Positions 63,444 to 64,000 of a DNA stretch of 64,000 nucleotides are shown one piece after another. Origin of the DNA: Selaginella moellendorffii (lineage: Eukaryota > Plantae > Lycopodiophyta). Position numbers and translations under genes: made by a program. The first letter of the stretch is position 1. Every line of letters starts with the position of its first letter. The notes below the pieces were generated by a model. It was not told the origin of the DNA, ran no database searches, and was given only the letters and a program-made list of their open reading frames with translations. The stretch lies in the NCBI RefSeq assembly GCF_000143415.4, contig NW_003314297.1:1093430-1157429 (forward strand). Reading direction: 5' to 3'.

Positions 63444-63818
63444 CTATAGTTCACAAAGCTCTAGGATGCCTTTACAGGCTATTTGCTGCATTGTATGGAT
63501 GCTGGTTCCAGTCGCATTGTCTCTGAGTCCAGACATAGCGCAAAATGCGATATGGTCCATCATCCCATCAACACTGGTTGGGGCTTGAGGTCCTCCCAAA
63601 AAGAGCTTGGACGTAATTGCCATAGCGCGCAGTCTGGATATTACAAATTTAGGGTTCTTGGCGGATAGGAGTAGCGAGCTAGGGTTTATTGGCAATGTGA
63701 TCGCCAAGCAATGCAGCTGGTAAGGCAGTTCCTCTCCATAATCTTGCCTAACTTTGTGACGCAGGCACGAACTTTGGAGAATTTCGTGTTTCTCGAGGGA
63801 TGAGTCTATGCAGCTCAA
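63444..63818 (-). CDS. Possible last exon of a gene extending beyond the window
   Basis: 124-codon open frame in coding-like composition; no recognised motif. Confidence 0.25.
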   Translation of the reverse strand: MSCIDSSLEKHEILQSSCLRHKVRQDYGEELPYQLHCLAITLPINPSSLLLSAKNPKFVISRLRAMAITSKLFLGGPQAPTSVDGMMDHIAFCAMSGLRDNATGTSIHTMQQIACKGILELCEL

Positions 63819-64000
63819 CTGCCTTGTAAGCGTTAAGCTCCTCAGTAGAAATGCTTAAAATCTTGGAGTCTCGCAGGCCAGCATCACGAGTATCTGCCAG
63901 CTCCTGGGACAGAGAAATCCCGCAAAAGAATTCCATTAGATTGTTCCCAGGAAGAAGAGGAGCACTGACGGTGTGTAGCGCTCAACATGACAAGAGTGTG

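Overview
Eukaryotic plant nuclear DNA. Tiny 47-95 nt introns, very compact genes and the PPR style suggest a lycophyte such as Selaginella (inference). Layout: (1) 1-9.2 kb: an old gag remnant interrupted by an 8-kb non-coding Ty3/gypsy-type LTR element (minus strand, TSD CCAGG). (2) 10-29.7 kb: a dense gene island with a proline-rich membrane protein, a small secreted Cys/Trp-rich peptide and two decayed paralogues, a PPR pseudogene, a two-domain phytocyanin, a coiled-coil orphan, plastid RPS5, DEG15 protease, a mitochondrial dicarboxylate-type carrier, a PPR protein, a Gnk2/DUF26 protein and SNX2. (3) 30-52 kb: a decayed AT-rich TE region forming a >1-kb-arm foldback, into which a tandem chromovirus (LTR-int-LTR-int-LTR, 33190-47073, TSD CCAAC) has inserted. 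(4) 52-64 kb: decayed genes and TEs, an assembly gap and a dirigent-like gene. Headline: the chromovirus integrase is interrupted by two small GT-AG introns (47 and 52 nt), identical in both copies. Removing them exactly restores the D-35-E catalytic spacing and the GPY/F motif plus chromodomain, so integrase production appears to depend on splicing while the element keeps its introns. Both LTR families also share a structured 3' region with tandem tRNA T-arm-like hairpins.
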